From Lingula anatina (lineage: Eukaryota; Animalia; Brachiopoda): 64,000 nt of DNA. The DNA lies in the NCBI GenBank assembly GCA_051362555.1, contig CM120640.1, positions 67,124,788-67,188,787 of the forward strand, read 5' to 3'. The notes below the pieces were generated by a model. It was not told the origin of the DNA. It saw only the letters and a list, made by a program, of their open reading frames with translations, and searched no databases. Made by a program: the position numbers and the translations under genes. Of this stretch, positions 39,771 to 52,123 are shown one piece after another (positions within the stretch are counted from its first letter, which is position 1; every line of letters starts with the position of its first letter).

Positions 39771-39988
39771 TTTTCTGCAGTTACCAAGACAACCTTCTGC
39801 TCTCCAAATATACTTCCGGGATATCTCATTTCTCTTATGTAACCAATAAAGATTAAAATGGACTTATATTTGTATGTTATTGTAATTTTCATTACTATGT
39901 TCACACAAAACAGTACAATTTGATGCCAATATTTAAAGATAATCATTTGCCTTTCCCAATAAAAGGAGCGTCTTGAATCAAATCCAAC
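39771..39988. promoter_or_regulatory. Compact bidirectional promoter VTA1 / RPUSD4-like
   Basis: Only 218 bp between divergent ATGs; ETS-type ACTTCCGG at 39812-39819; YY1-like CAACATGGC overlapping the RPUSD4 ATG. Confidence 0.7.
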
Positions 39989-42900
39989 ATGGCAGCTACC
40001 ATGCTGCACGCCTCGAGAATGTTTGTCCACAAGACCGTTAATATTTCTGGTAATATGTTACTGTTTTCACGGCGCATGTTCAACCTTAGAAATTGGGATG
40101 TTAAAATTGGACATGTTTCTAGATCGATGTCTGTTAACACTCGCGGCCGGCAAAAACAAAGTTTTAGAAACCACTCTGAGGTGGAGGTAAATGCACGACC
40201 CCAGATAAAGAAGCGAGGCACGAACGAAAACAAGACACGTTTCTATAGGGCAGCAGGTAAGCCTGCTACCAGTGGGAGTAATGATAACTTCAGTCAGCAT
40301 ACAGACGAAGATATTGCTAATTCAGATATGTTTGGGATAGAGGCTTTCCAGCGAGATATGTTGTATTTGCCAAAAACTCCGAACATACAAAAGGACGACA
40401 TGGACAGCGTGAAGCGTGATTCGATAACCCCCAAGAAACCTGCATATGCGGAAAAAGTTATGGTTGCCCCATTTGGCATGATACGCTTTGATAGTGACAA
40501 TAAACTCAGTCGACATGGTGAGCTGGACGTTCATGATGCCATGCTGCACATGCAAAGTGAAGTGCCTATAGAAGAAATGGAAGACGCCCAAATCTTTGAC
40601 AGGCCTGTCAGAGATTTATCAGTATCAGCAAAAGAGGAAGAAAATGTCAAAAGTTTAAGCAGCTCAGTCCTATCAAAATCAGTGCAAAATGTGGGATATG
40701 TAAAACATCCAGATAACCTTCAAAGTGTACATTTTCAAGAAATAGAAATGCATCTCCCAAAAATAGATAAAAAATCAAAGAAAATTATTAATACTGTTGT
40801 TACTGATTCTATTGATGACATAGACACTAAAGTGAAAAGTTACATAAACAGTAACTGGCAGTTGGAAAAACCTCATTTTGGCGAGCCTAAAACAACACAA
40901 AGTGACTTCAGGCTGAGTGATAAGGAAAATGATAATGATGACCCGAAACCTGAGGAACACATTTTGCCCAATTTCAATTCACCAAAAGTAGATGGTGAAA
41001 TGGGCTCACATTCATCTGAATCTGTACCTGTCACTAAAAAGGACATTGAAACTTATCAGTTAGCAGACAGCACTGAAGCCAGTAGTAATGAGGTTGCACA
41101 GGATTTGGAAGGACTGAGTTTCATTGATGAACAGTATTTTGGTGAAATAGGTTCACATTCATCTGAATCTGTACCTGTCACTAAAAAGGACATTGAAACT
41201 TATCAGTCAGCAGACAGCACTGAAGCCAGGAGTAGTGAGGTTGCACAGGATTTGGAAGGACTGAGTTTCATTGATGAACAATATTTTGGTGAAATAGGTT
41301 CACATTCATCTGAATCTGTACCTGTCACTAAAAAGGACATTGAAACTTATCAGTCAGCAGACAGCACTGAAGCCAGGAGTAGTGAGGTTGCACAGGATTT
41401 GGAAGGACTGAGTTTCATTGATGAGCAGTACTTTGAACCTTTTTACAATGAATCACAAGCAAAAGAGGGATATTCTGATAATGAGTCAATTCCAAAATTC
41501 CTTAAAAATATGGAAACTCAACAGGTAAAAGAAATTAGAAAGGTACAAGAGTCATGCCAAAATATGTATGTCTGCAAAAATAGTAATTTCTGGTGATTAA
41601 CATGAATGAAAAGCAGCAAACTTCAAGATTGGTTAGCCTAGGAGTCCAGTTTTATTTCAAAATATGTTTAAATAAAATAATTTATAAATGAATTTAATGG
41701 AGTAGTAAAAATCAAGAGATGACATGAGAATAATTTGAACATTACACTCATCAAATACATGGTGTTGGAAAACACTGGGCCACTGAAATAATCATAATTA
41801 TAAATTATATATATGCTGGGGTGGCGCTAGCAATTTTTTTCCTTTAGCCAAAATACTACTTTTTCATCACTTTTATGTCCAAATGGTTTTCATTTGACTA
41901 AAATAAGTCGAATCAACCCTATTTTGTTTAGCCAATTTCAGTCAGTTTTAGCATTTGGCTAAATTGGCGAGTGTTAGTGCTACCCCAGATATGTTCTAAG
42001 TCATATTGTCTCTCAAAAATATATTTTAAACTAAAAATGATTTTTTGTGTTCTTGAAAATAATTTTGAACTAAATTCATACCATTTGGCAGTTAACAATA
42101 GAGCACACATCTGAGATGTACATGTATCTATTTTATTTATTTATTTATTTTTTTTTTGGAGGGGGGTATCTTTTAGTTTCAATTATGTTTTACACCACCT
42201 CATACAAATTCAATGACTGATAAATGCAGTGTGCTGGTATATAATGCTGGAGGATATAAACATATTTAGAAAGGTTTAATTATGATAGTGCATTTATTGC
42301 TGTGTTTTTTTCCCAACCTAATATACTAAAACGATATATTTCAGATGCGTGGTAAGGAGATCACCAACCAGTCTTCCCACAGTGAAGCAATGGAAAGGAA
42401 ACTGTCTGGTCATCCATCTACAATTGACCATGATGACCCCTCAGAAAGGAGGCCTCGTCAGAGTGGACATCACAGGACTGATGGAAAAGAGCATGGTGGT
42501 TCAGGTTCATCAAGCCAAGATTTTGAATCAGCAAAATCAACTGGAAGGCGCCCAAGAAATGTCACTAAACAAGAGGAACGGAATAAGCAGGCAGATTCTT
42601 TCAATATTGATGATCCACAGACTGCATATGATATGGCTATGAAGGTCAGGATACAGAAGAAGGGCCTGAAAAAGATAGAAGAAGGTATCTTTTTAGTTGA
42701 TTAATAGTTTGATTTGTTCAAGTTTAAAGTGTCACAAATGATTTTCAGTGAAGATTATGATCTCTGGCTTGTTTTGTTGGATTTATGTTAGAACAGTGTT
42801 TCTTTCACCCTTTCTAATGAAGCCTTGTAGTTGATCAAATTAGAAAAGAGCAATTATCATATTATGAAATTATACAATACCATAATTTTTTTCTATATTT

Positions 42901-45664
42901 TTCAGATGGACAGGTCTTTATTGGTAAAGTAGACAGCATGGGATACAGAATAATGAAAGACATTGTCCCAAATTGGAAACATATACCAAAAGAGGTGGCT
43001 GCAAAAATGTTGGTGGATGAAATAATATATGATGAGAGTAAGTAATATGCCACTTGCTGGTGGAAATCTTTTAAAGTTTCAAGAAACAAAATTTAAAAAA
43101 ATGTTTGATAAAGAAAGTCACTATTTTACCAATTTACAGTTTCAATTTTACTATTTACAGAGTCAAAGCTTGTTAGATAACTTACCAATTTTGTCATATC
43201 TTTTTTCTGTTAAAATGTTGGTTTGGCAAGTTTCATGGATGTGGTTTTTATTGCTCCTGAATTCTATTTTTCAATCACTAAAGGAATACTTCTGAAATAA
43301 AGATGTTTAGAAACTCTCATATTTGTTCTTATTTCCAGATGATATTATTGCCATAAACAAGCCATATGGACTTCCAGTTCATGGTGAGTAGCTACCTGTA
43401 GTTTGTGAAGTGATATCTTGATAATGATATATGTCTATATTGTTACCAGCATTTTACAAATTTACCTCTGCATGGGTATGTAACAGGTTTTATCTATTAG
43501 GCCCCATTAATAATAGGAGACTACCTAGTCCGAGGGTCAAATATGGTGACCCACTACAAAGCTTGTTGTCTAATCTGCCAATAGACACTGAATAGATAAC
43601 CCGTGGGGAGGTATTCAAGTGGGTTGGCCATATTTGACCCTTGGGCTAGTTAGTCCCCTATTCTGAATGGGGTCTTACACGCTTTTTTACCCAGAAAAAA
43701 ATATTTGTATCTGTTATTTGAAGGTGGTCCTGGTGTACCAATGTCTGTTGGCCAGCTGTTGCCAGAAGTGGTCCAGGTACTACAGAAGAGAAGACATCAG
43801 GTGGAGAGGCTCCATCTCGCTCACAGAGTGGCTCAGTATGAAACTGGGGTCTTGCTTCTTGCAAAGTGAGTTTTTAAATCGTGAATATGAATCCCTCTCT
43901 CTCTTTCTATGACACGCACGCACGCACGCATGCATGCATGCACTCCGAACTTTTATATACTCTATAGTGTTCTTAGATTTGTCCAAATCTTACCATATTT
44001 CAGTGAGTGCCTGTGTGTATGCAGTGGTCAATTTTTTCAAGCATCTGTTTGTGGAATGATGCCTTGATTTCACATTTGTTTCAGAACCAGAGAAATGACA
44101 GAAAAAATACAGGCAGCAGTTTTAAGAGGTGACATGATAAAAAAGTACTGGGCAATAACCAAGGGAGTGCCAGTTATACCAAAAGGTAAGACTTATCATA
44201 GGAAATAACAATATGTTTAGTGACAACACGATTCATACTTCATTCCTCTTTGAATTGTGCTCATTCGTGGTACACAAAACAGTTTAAGGGATAATAAGAC
44301 AAAAAAATCTTTGTGATATATTTGAAAAAAAAAAATACTGTTGAGTATACATTTCCCAACTGTTAAGGATGTTGAAGAGTAAATAGTCTTAAGTTATAAA
44401 TGGCCAACTGTATGTTTTAATTTTTTGAATTCATGAAGTGATACAGCGCTGTAATTTAACTGCTAATTTCACTTTAGCTACAGTAGACATCCCGATGGCA
44501 ATGGCAAAGATCAAAATACAGGGCAAGTCGATAGAAAAAGTAAGTTCATAAATCTTTATATAGTATTGATTATTCAGGTCGTTTTGTATGTGAGCATTGG
44601 TATCATTGCTTGCTTTTTATTATAGTAATTATTGTTAATGATGTTCTTATTTTTTTAATCCAGCACAAACCAGCAAAAGTACCCAAGTTTGGTTTTGACA
44701 CAACTAAGAAAATTTTCATTGCAGTACGCCTACGTTAGAAGGTTAAACCATATTGCAAAAAAAAAAAAAAAAAAAAAAAATCTTGTACTGATACAACTAA
44801 AATCCATTTGAATGGTGTATGTTTGTTTTTGCACTCCTCACTGCAGATGACCCTTATCCCTGATTACACTGAGGAAACCAAATTGGTGATGAGAAAGCGT
44901 CGTAAAGACGTACTTGAGGCAGTCACAAAGTATAAGGTCTTAGATGATAATGGAAAGTGTGCATTGGTGGAATGCCTGCCAATGACAGGTAAGAGCTTTT
45001 ATTGATGTAAACTTTATCATTATATACAAAGAACATACATATAAGACTTGAATTACAGTGGAAGAGATCGAAACATTTTCAACTCGCCAATTGATATGCA
45101 GTCCTGTATTGATAGTACTTCTTTGAATTACCGATTCCATGACTTTTTGCAGGTGTGAAAGACCAACTACGCTGTCACTTAGCTCTTGGTGTAAGCACAG
45201 CAATATTAGGAGATCACAAGTACTCTCATTTTACAAAATTAGCACCTCAGGTTAGTGGAAAGGTTGCCAGAGACAAATGTGACAGTTATAGAATTTTTTA
45301 AGTAAAGTAAAACTGTGTTCAGGTAACTTGAAAGTTGTTTAAAATGTTAGCCATTTTTTAACAAAGCATATTTTGTCATGGGGTTGGGTTTAAGTGAATC
45401 TTAAGATGTCATATCCAGTGAAGTAAGTTTAACAGCTGTCTGAACATTTTCTTCCACTTACAGCGACTCCACCATGAAACCCTGGAAATGTTGGGCATCC
45501 GTCAGCAGAAGGTCCGCCATGTTCCAATGCACCTCCACTGCAAGTCTGTTCTCCTACCAGAGTTTGAGGCTGGCCGGAACATAGCTATATCAGCTAGATT
45601 GCCCAAACATTTTTTAATATCACTAAGAAGACTGAAGCTCAACAGCAAGAGGCGTAGTAGATAG
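39989..45664 (+). CDS. RPUSD4: RPUSD4-like mitochondrial RluA-family pseudouridine synthase homolog, ~932 aa, long N-terminal extension, catalytic Asp absent
   Basis: Exons 39989-41524 (or 41542), 42345-42684, 42906-43037, 43339-43383, 43724-43865, 44085-44185, 44478-44539, 44847-44988, 45153-45250, 45464-45664. Motifs IAINKPYGLPVHGGPG, LHLAHRVAQYETGVLLLA, KKYWAITKGVP, TGVKDQLRCHLA, ILGDHKYS...LAPQRL, PMHLHC. Arg/Ser-rich, acid-poor N-terminus resembles a mitochondrial presequence. Confidence 0.85.
40994..41434 (+). repeat. Coding tandem repeat, 3 x 147 bp (49 aa)
   Basis: GE(M/I)GSHSSESVPVTKKDIETYQ(L/S)ADSTEA(SSN/RSS)EVAQDLEGLSFIDEQYF starting at 40994, 41141 and 41288. Confidence 0.95.
41816..41988. 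mobile_element. MITE with short TIRs (CTGGGGT...ACCCCAG) and 5-bp TSD ATATG
   Basis: CTGGGGTGGCGCTA / TAGTGCTACCCCAG; ATATG at 41811-41815 and 41989-41993; inner TTTAGCCAAA / TTTGGCTAAA. Confidence 0.7.
43512..43662. mobile_element. Small MITE-like inverted repeat (~45-bp arms)
   Basis: AATAGGAGACTACCTAGTCCGAGGGTCAAATATGG.GACCCACT is mirrored by AGTGGGTTGGCCATATTTGACCCTTGGGCTAGTTAGTCCCCTATT. Confidence 0.7.
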
Positions 45665-46731
45665 GAGTAATATCAGCAAAAGTACTGTATGGAAAAATAC
45701 TGTTAACTAAGACCAATTCATAATAAACTTGTGCCAGACATTTGAACTTACATCGTTGCTTTTGTCATCGATTTCTTTGGCAAGTAAATGTTGCTTTAAT
45801 GGCATTGTCCTGAATATTAGCAAAAACAAGATGGCTACAATAATCACAATAATCTTTATTCACAACAGAAATTACAATAATTTCCAGTTTAAAACTAGTC
45901 AACAAATAATAAATTAGTCACAACAGAAAAATCTGCTGCTGCAGAGTAATCTTCCCTTCCTGGACCATCACATGTATACTAGGACAGAATTGAAATGAAA
46001 TAAATAATATCTTTAACAAGAAAGGTGAAACCAGTGCAACCTTTTTGGCCTCACTGACAAACGGGTTTCTTTTGCATGTGTACTTTTTTTACCACAATAT
46101 GAATCTAGTCACCCTCTACAATATGAAACCCAATGAGCAAGTCCATGACCAAGGAAATAAAATGCCATAAAACCATCATAAAAATCTTCTCCACTATAAC
46201 TTATCGATAAAACCATAAGGACCCTCTTATTACCAAGTTGTACAGAAAAAAAAAAAAAAAAAAAAACAAAAATTTATGAAATTATTAATATTACATTATC
46301 CAACATTTCGTTGCAAATCGATGGTCTTGTTATACATCCCAGCATACACTGCAACCGTTGATGGGATGTTTGTAGAAGCCCATTTTACAAAAAAAGTAAC
46401 ATATTATCTAAAATGCTTTCTAAAACAGGATTGTACATTTAACTATCACATACATACCCAGTGCGACCATTTAGACGAATGAATGAATTCATAAATATTA
46501 GTTTAATACTATTTTATAGCACCTTGTTTACAAAGCTCAACACCAAAAAAAAAAAAAAAATGTTTTTAAAATAAAAAAATTGAATTCTGATCACTCATTG
46601 CCTCATTCTTAAAATGGGAAAGTTTTGGTGGTTGAAATGACGATCTAAATTGTGATGAATGCCTTGTAATAGGTAGAGCAGGTGGCAGAGAGTGAAGTAG
46701 ATGGGAGTGTTGAGCTCTTCTTTGCAGCCTC

Positions 46732-49700
46732 TTATTCTTCTACAGCTGTATCAGTAACTGTCACATGAGGCTCTGTGGTCATATCTGTGGAATTTGCATT
46801 GCTTTGATCATGTTGGACAACCATTGGTTCTCCCACTATTTGTGGAATAAGAGGAGGAGGAAGCATATCTGTTGCTGGACTCTCTGCATCCAAATCCACT
46901 TTGGTCTTCCTAGGTTTAATGGTCCAAGGATTCTTGGTTAAAACTGATTGAATTTCCTTCTTAAAATTTTCCTTGAATTCTACAATTTCTTGTTGCAGTT
47001 GCATGGCCTCAGCCATGACTTTCTCATGTCTTTGTCTTAACTCTGATAAATTTGCCAAATTTTGGTACATCAGTCGCAGTCCTTCACAAATATGTCCTTC
47101 TTTACTGTCTCTGGGTACAAGTTTTCCAGACATATAACCTTCAAATTCTTCTGGGGTCATGTTCAAAGACTCTGCATTTAGGTTCTCTATGAATGCCACA
47201 ACACAGCACTGAAAAAATATCACACGTTATATGTAATGTCAACATTACACATCTTCCGTAAAAACTACCAGTAATAATATGACCACTACAAAGAAAAAAT
47301 AAACATGAATTAAATAAAAAAACATGAAATAAAAAATTATTAAAATAGACAATTAAAAAAGTCTAATCATAACTTTGTGAGCAAAAGATTGTCTAAAATA
47401 CTAAAAAAAAAAAACTTTCCTGGTTAACAACTTGATACAGTGTAAATCAATGGCATGTGCAACACTCACCAAATTGGTGAAGTAATACCCTGCTTCCCCA
47501 CTCATTAGCCTGCTGGGGTTAGAAAACCTTGTGATGTACTTGATGTTGGACTGCAGCCTAGGAGGGTTGGCCTGAAGTACAATATAGATCAAGGCAGGCA
47601 AGAAGTCATCCGCACTGGCTGGCTCGTTGTTCTGAGAGGCCTTCAGTGCCTCAAAGATGTGATTGCTACACCGGACTACAGAAGCTAGTTTGTCCTGGGG
47701 GGCCCTCTTTGAATCCATTTCAATGATGTCTGAAACCAGAATAAGAGGTATGAACATTTCCCCCCATTTTTGTACAACTTTTAATTCAACAACAGAAAGA
47801 ACAACAACTTGCTGTCTTTAATTCACGACCAATGCATAACATGTCAAACTAATTTATGAATGATATCTATTTCTGGCCAATTAAGCCAGGAAAGACCCAG
47901 ATTGTACTGCTTAATTGGCAAATGTGTAACTTGGAGCAAGCAAGTTGAGGGATTTATAACTTTGATGTCAAATGCATCACTATAGATTGACCAATAATTA
48001 CCTGTAATAGCACTATCCACAAGGGCTCTGACACTGGGTTCATTCACACTAATAGAGGCTTCCAGATTTTGTTCGCTGACCCAATGAAGACTTCGTATTC
48101 TTTTCTGAATGATCAGGTCTTGCTCCTCATCATCACTCCACATGGAACAGAAGACAGCCCTGTACAGCCGAGTCATGATGTACTTCTCCATGTAATCCAT
48201 CAACTTGTCGCTGGTGGTGTGTGTAAGCCCTGGGATATAATAATGTGAAATATGTGAGAGTGCCATGCATGAGAAAATCTAGAAATTATCTTTCCCTAAA
48301 CTTAATTTAAAAGATCTCTATGGCTAACTACCCCACCCAATACATCCAATTCAAACAAACACTGACATGTCCCCTAAAACATGAAACAGTAGGTCCAGTT
48401 TCAATAATGTTCAGCGTGTACAGAAGTTCCTTATTGTATTTTTTTTCTTCACTTACTATCAAACAGAAGATACCACATAGGTCCTTAAATAATACTGTGC
48501 CAGTCAGGGGCGGATTTAGGCCGTCTTCTGGGTCTTCCAGAAGACGGTCAGATTTTCAAGTTTACATTAACAGGTATTTAATTTTTCTGTTGGAAGACGG
48601 TCAAATTTGGAGGATGGATCAACAAAAATAATTTGGAAGACTGTCAGAAAATAGCTCTGGATCCGACCCTGCCAGTTCAACAATTTAAATAGCCAGCTTT
48701 ACCTTTGTACACTGGGTGTGTCTGTAACCTGTCCCCCATGCTCTGGTAGAAATCTTGGATTATTTCAGAGTGCTCATCAACTGTAACATCAGGGTTTTGC
48801 TGGATTTTCTCAATCAGAGCTCGGATGTGCTTGGACACGTCTAATGCTGCTGGTTTGGATAAGTTGCGAAGGAAGTCTGCAAACCCCTCTCCTACTTGCT
48901 GGCTCTCTGAACTTAACCTCTTCATGGCTTCTCTTTTGGCAACTTGTTCAGCAGCTATGTCTAAAATTATCATTTTCTCTTGGTTAAGTCTTTTTCTTTC
49001 TATTCTTTAAATAATTAACCTTTAAAATTACATATCTGTTACTTTTGCCAAATAACTGTGTAAGTTAACTTACCTTTTGAGGATGACTTTCGAAAAAGAG
49101 ACTTTACTGTGTGGGTCCTTTTATCAGACTCTCTCTTTTTCTTCTCTTCAAACTTGGAAAAAGATGGTGCCTTCCCTTCAGCTCCAACTGGAGTTTTCTG
49201 CCTAACAGGCAATAAAATAATTATTTATAGTGAAATTTTATCAACAAGAACATTATTCAAAAACTTTTTCTTGTTAAAACAAAGGCCTTTGTATAGTGTA
49301 CTAAAATGAGCAAATCACCAGCATAAGCGACCACCTAAAAGAAAACAACAAATAAGATTTATGGGTTCCCAAATCATATCTTTTATCACTTATATGCATC
49401 TGACTTTATCACAAAGTAATTTGCTATGCATGGCACTATTTTTTATAAAACACGCATTCCAATTCTAAAGTAATAATTTTCAACATTTGTTTAGTATATT
49501 ACACAGCCATTTACAGGATACTTTTTGTTACTTTTATCTTTCAAATTAACCTTAAAGGTGTCCAAATGTTTTTTTTTCCTTCCTTTTTACAAAATATGAT
49601 AAGATAAAAAATTCTAGATAGATAGGTGAAAGATGTAACAGAGGTAATTAATACTATGGAGTGGTCTGTAAGTGTAAATTGAAACATTTATAACTGCCTT

Positions 49701-49895
49701 ATCAAAAAGGTGCTCATACTTCATCATTTTATTCTGTTCGTCTATCTGTAACTGAGCATTTTTTGCCTTCTGGTACTCCTCCCTCCAGCACTTTGAACAG
49801 AAACCCTGCCAGGCTGGGTTACCATAGAAACCACAGCCATTCTTGCACAGGAGCTCCTGTTCATTGATGTGGAACCTTTTATGACCCTGACTCAT
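46732..49895 (-). CDS. RABGEF1: Rab5 GDP/GTP exchange factor Rabex-5 (A20 zinc finger + VPS9 domain + coiled coil), 508 aa
   Basis: Exons 49895-49720 ([22 protein letters not shown]), 49201-49074, 48960-48703, 48229-48002, 47729-47470 ([33 protein letters not shown]...[10 protein letters not shown]), 47208-46732; probable 5' UTR exon ending at 52723. Confidence 0.95.
48505..48671. mobile_element. MITE with CAGGG...CCCTG TIRs and 5-bp TSD CCAGT
   Basis: CAGGGGCGGATT / GATCCGACCCTG; CCAGT at 48500-48504 and 48672-48676; internal GAAGACGGTCA repeats. Confidence 0.72.
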
Positions 49896-51396
49896 ACTTC
49901 TTGTGTTCACAGGATTACTAGATCTGAAAACAGATGAAAATAAGATACTTAATCACCAGTCAAGCACAATGACATGATTAAATAAAGATAATAAATATAG
50001 AGAACCACATACACACTTACATATACTAACTAGTACACAAACAAACATTGCAATGATTATTATTAATAATGTAATTGAATATGGCAATTTAAACTTCAGT
50101 GCTGTTAGTTTTGAACAAATCAAACTTAATCTGAGGAATTTTGTAGTGTTTAATTTTGCACTGCTGCTTTATCACTTCCATAAAATATTAATATCCCCCT
50201 CCCCTGAAAAAAATGTTTTAAGTATTTCTATTAAACAAGTAATTATTTTTCTCTGGAAAAAAACTGAGGGGCTATTCTGTCCAACTTCTGTCAAAAATCA
50301 TTTCATTAACTTATTAAAAAGTCTGTGTCTATATCAATAATAATTATAACATTCATTCAAAAACAGCAAAAAAAGAGCTCTTGACTTTAATCTTAAAATT
50401 CATACGTGATATCTATCTTAGGAATTTTTAAAATTTTGGAACTGGATAAAAATATGGTCATAAATAAAAAATATTTCGGTTTCATAAGTGATTAAAATCA
50501 CTTATGAAACCAAAATCCCGACATTGGTCACTCAAGCATAGACATCTTTAAGACTCAAAAACAGATACTGTAGTTTTCCCAATAAAGAATAACAAACTCT
50601 TGTGACTCCAACAGATTATAACTTATCTTGACAAACTATCATCATGTGATGATGTACATGTATCTGTGGCATGTAGATACTAGTACAAGTACCATCACAT
50701 GATGGTCTTTCGGGATTAATAACATATCTACCAAATGTTTCTGAAGACATTACTCTGAGGACAAACTGAAATTCCAAATAACCATCAACTATTGTTGTTC
50801 TTTCAGTTTAAGATGTATACATTTAAAAAAATTCAATATTTTTAAAATAAGAAACAAAAATGTAATTGCATTAAAATACTTGTCAAGAAGAAGGAAGATA
50901 AATATTGATAAGAAGAAAAGATATTAGTAGGTACAGTCTTTAGTCAATGATGAATTTTTTTGCTGTCTGCAGTTTTCATACATCTTAAAATGCATAATTA
51001 TCATACAGACATCTACTCAAATCAATAAGTGTAATAACAATTGAATTTTTGAACTGCTTGCAAAAGTAGATTCATCTGGTGATTTAAAAGAAGGAAAAGC
51101 AGCAAATGTTCAATTTGCTGAGCAATGTTTTTCCAAAACATCTGTAAATTACATCAATGTTTTTACAAACATCATGGGGTAGTAAAAAAAATTGAGGGTT
51201 GCAAGAGAATCATTTAAATGTAATGCTTGCCTTATATATCTACAGACTTCTTCAATTGGACAAAGAAAAATGTCCTCAAAATCACACCTTTATCAAATTT
51301 AGCAATGCACCTTTTGCAGCCAGATGACTAGATGATGACTTCTTTGAAGGAAGAGTGAAGGAAGTGTTCAGCACGCCATGTTGTGGCTCTTTTTTC

Positions 51397-51863
51397 CGGT
51401 GTAACTGAAATGCGCAATACACTGCAATACAGCGCAACACAGCGCAATACACTTCAAAAATCAAATCCAGTTGCAATTACACTAAAGAAATGACCATTCC
51501 CAGCAAAGTAAGGTGATATAAAAACAACCTATATTATTAGGTAAGTAATATCGTTGATATAACTTAACAAATCAGCAAGACTTTTATATTGTCCGGTTGG
51601 CAGCCATGTTGGCGAGTGGCTCTTCTTGATATATTACTGGCCAAGAAGAGCTACTCGCCAACATGGCGGCTGACCAAACAATGAAAAAATTGTCAAGTTG
51701 TATCAGCAATATTAATTATTTTGTACTATATTTTGCTTTTATATCACCCTATTTTATTTGAGATTACCCTTTCCTGTGTTTACTTGCAACTGGACTTGTG
51801 TTATCAAGTGTATTGCGCTGTGTTGCGCTGTATTGCAGTGCATTGCGCATTTCAGTCACACCC
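51397..51863. mobile_element. Fully palindromic foldback MITE with 9-11-bp TSD ((C)TCTTTTTTC(C)), Mutator-like
   Basis: GGTGTAACTGAAATGCGCAAT.CACTGCAATACAGCGCAACACAGCGCAATACACTT is mirrored at the right end; central palindrome GCCATGTTGGCGAGT.GCTCTTCTTG / CAAGAAGAGCTACTCGCCAACATGGC; identical flanks 51387-51397 and 51863-51873. Confidence 0.88.
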
Positions 51864-51959
51864 TCTTTTTTCCTTTACTTTTGAATTTGGCCTCACTTAG
51901 CAGAGATATACATCTAGAATAACAAGACTAAGACTTAATCATCCTAGTGCCTAAGCAGA

Positions 51960-52123
51960 CACCAAAGCACTTTGAGTTGGATTTATACATACAAGGTGCT
52001 ATATACTGAGGACCCACAGAGATTGTCAGAAAGCAGATACGCAGGGGTATTTAAGCACCTCAAGGTTGAAATACATAGCATTCTGAGGGTATCATTAGCA
52101 TGTAAGGCTGAAAACTGAGACAA
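51960..52123 (+). mobile_element. Diverged solo terminal fragment of the 37596-39209 foldback family
   Basis: GAGGACCCACAGAGATTGTCAGAA...TTAAG..CTCAAGGTT...TGTAAGGC.GAAAACTGAG.CAA matches the terminal ~170 bp of the right arm (about 39030-39209). Confidence 0.75.
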
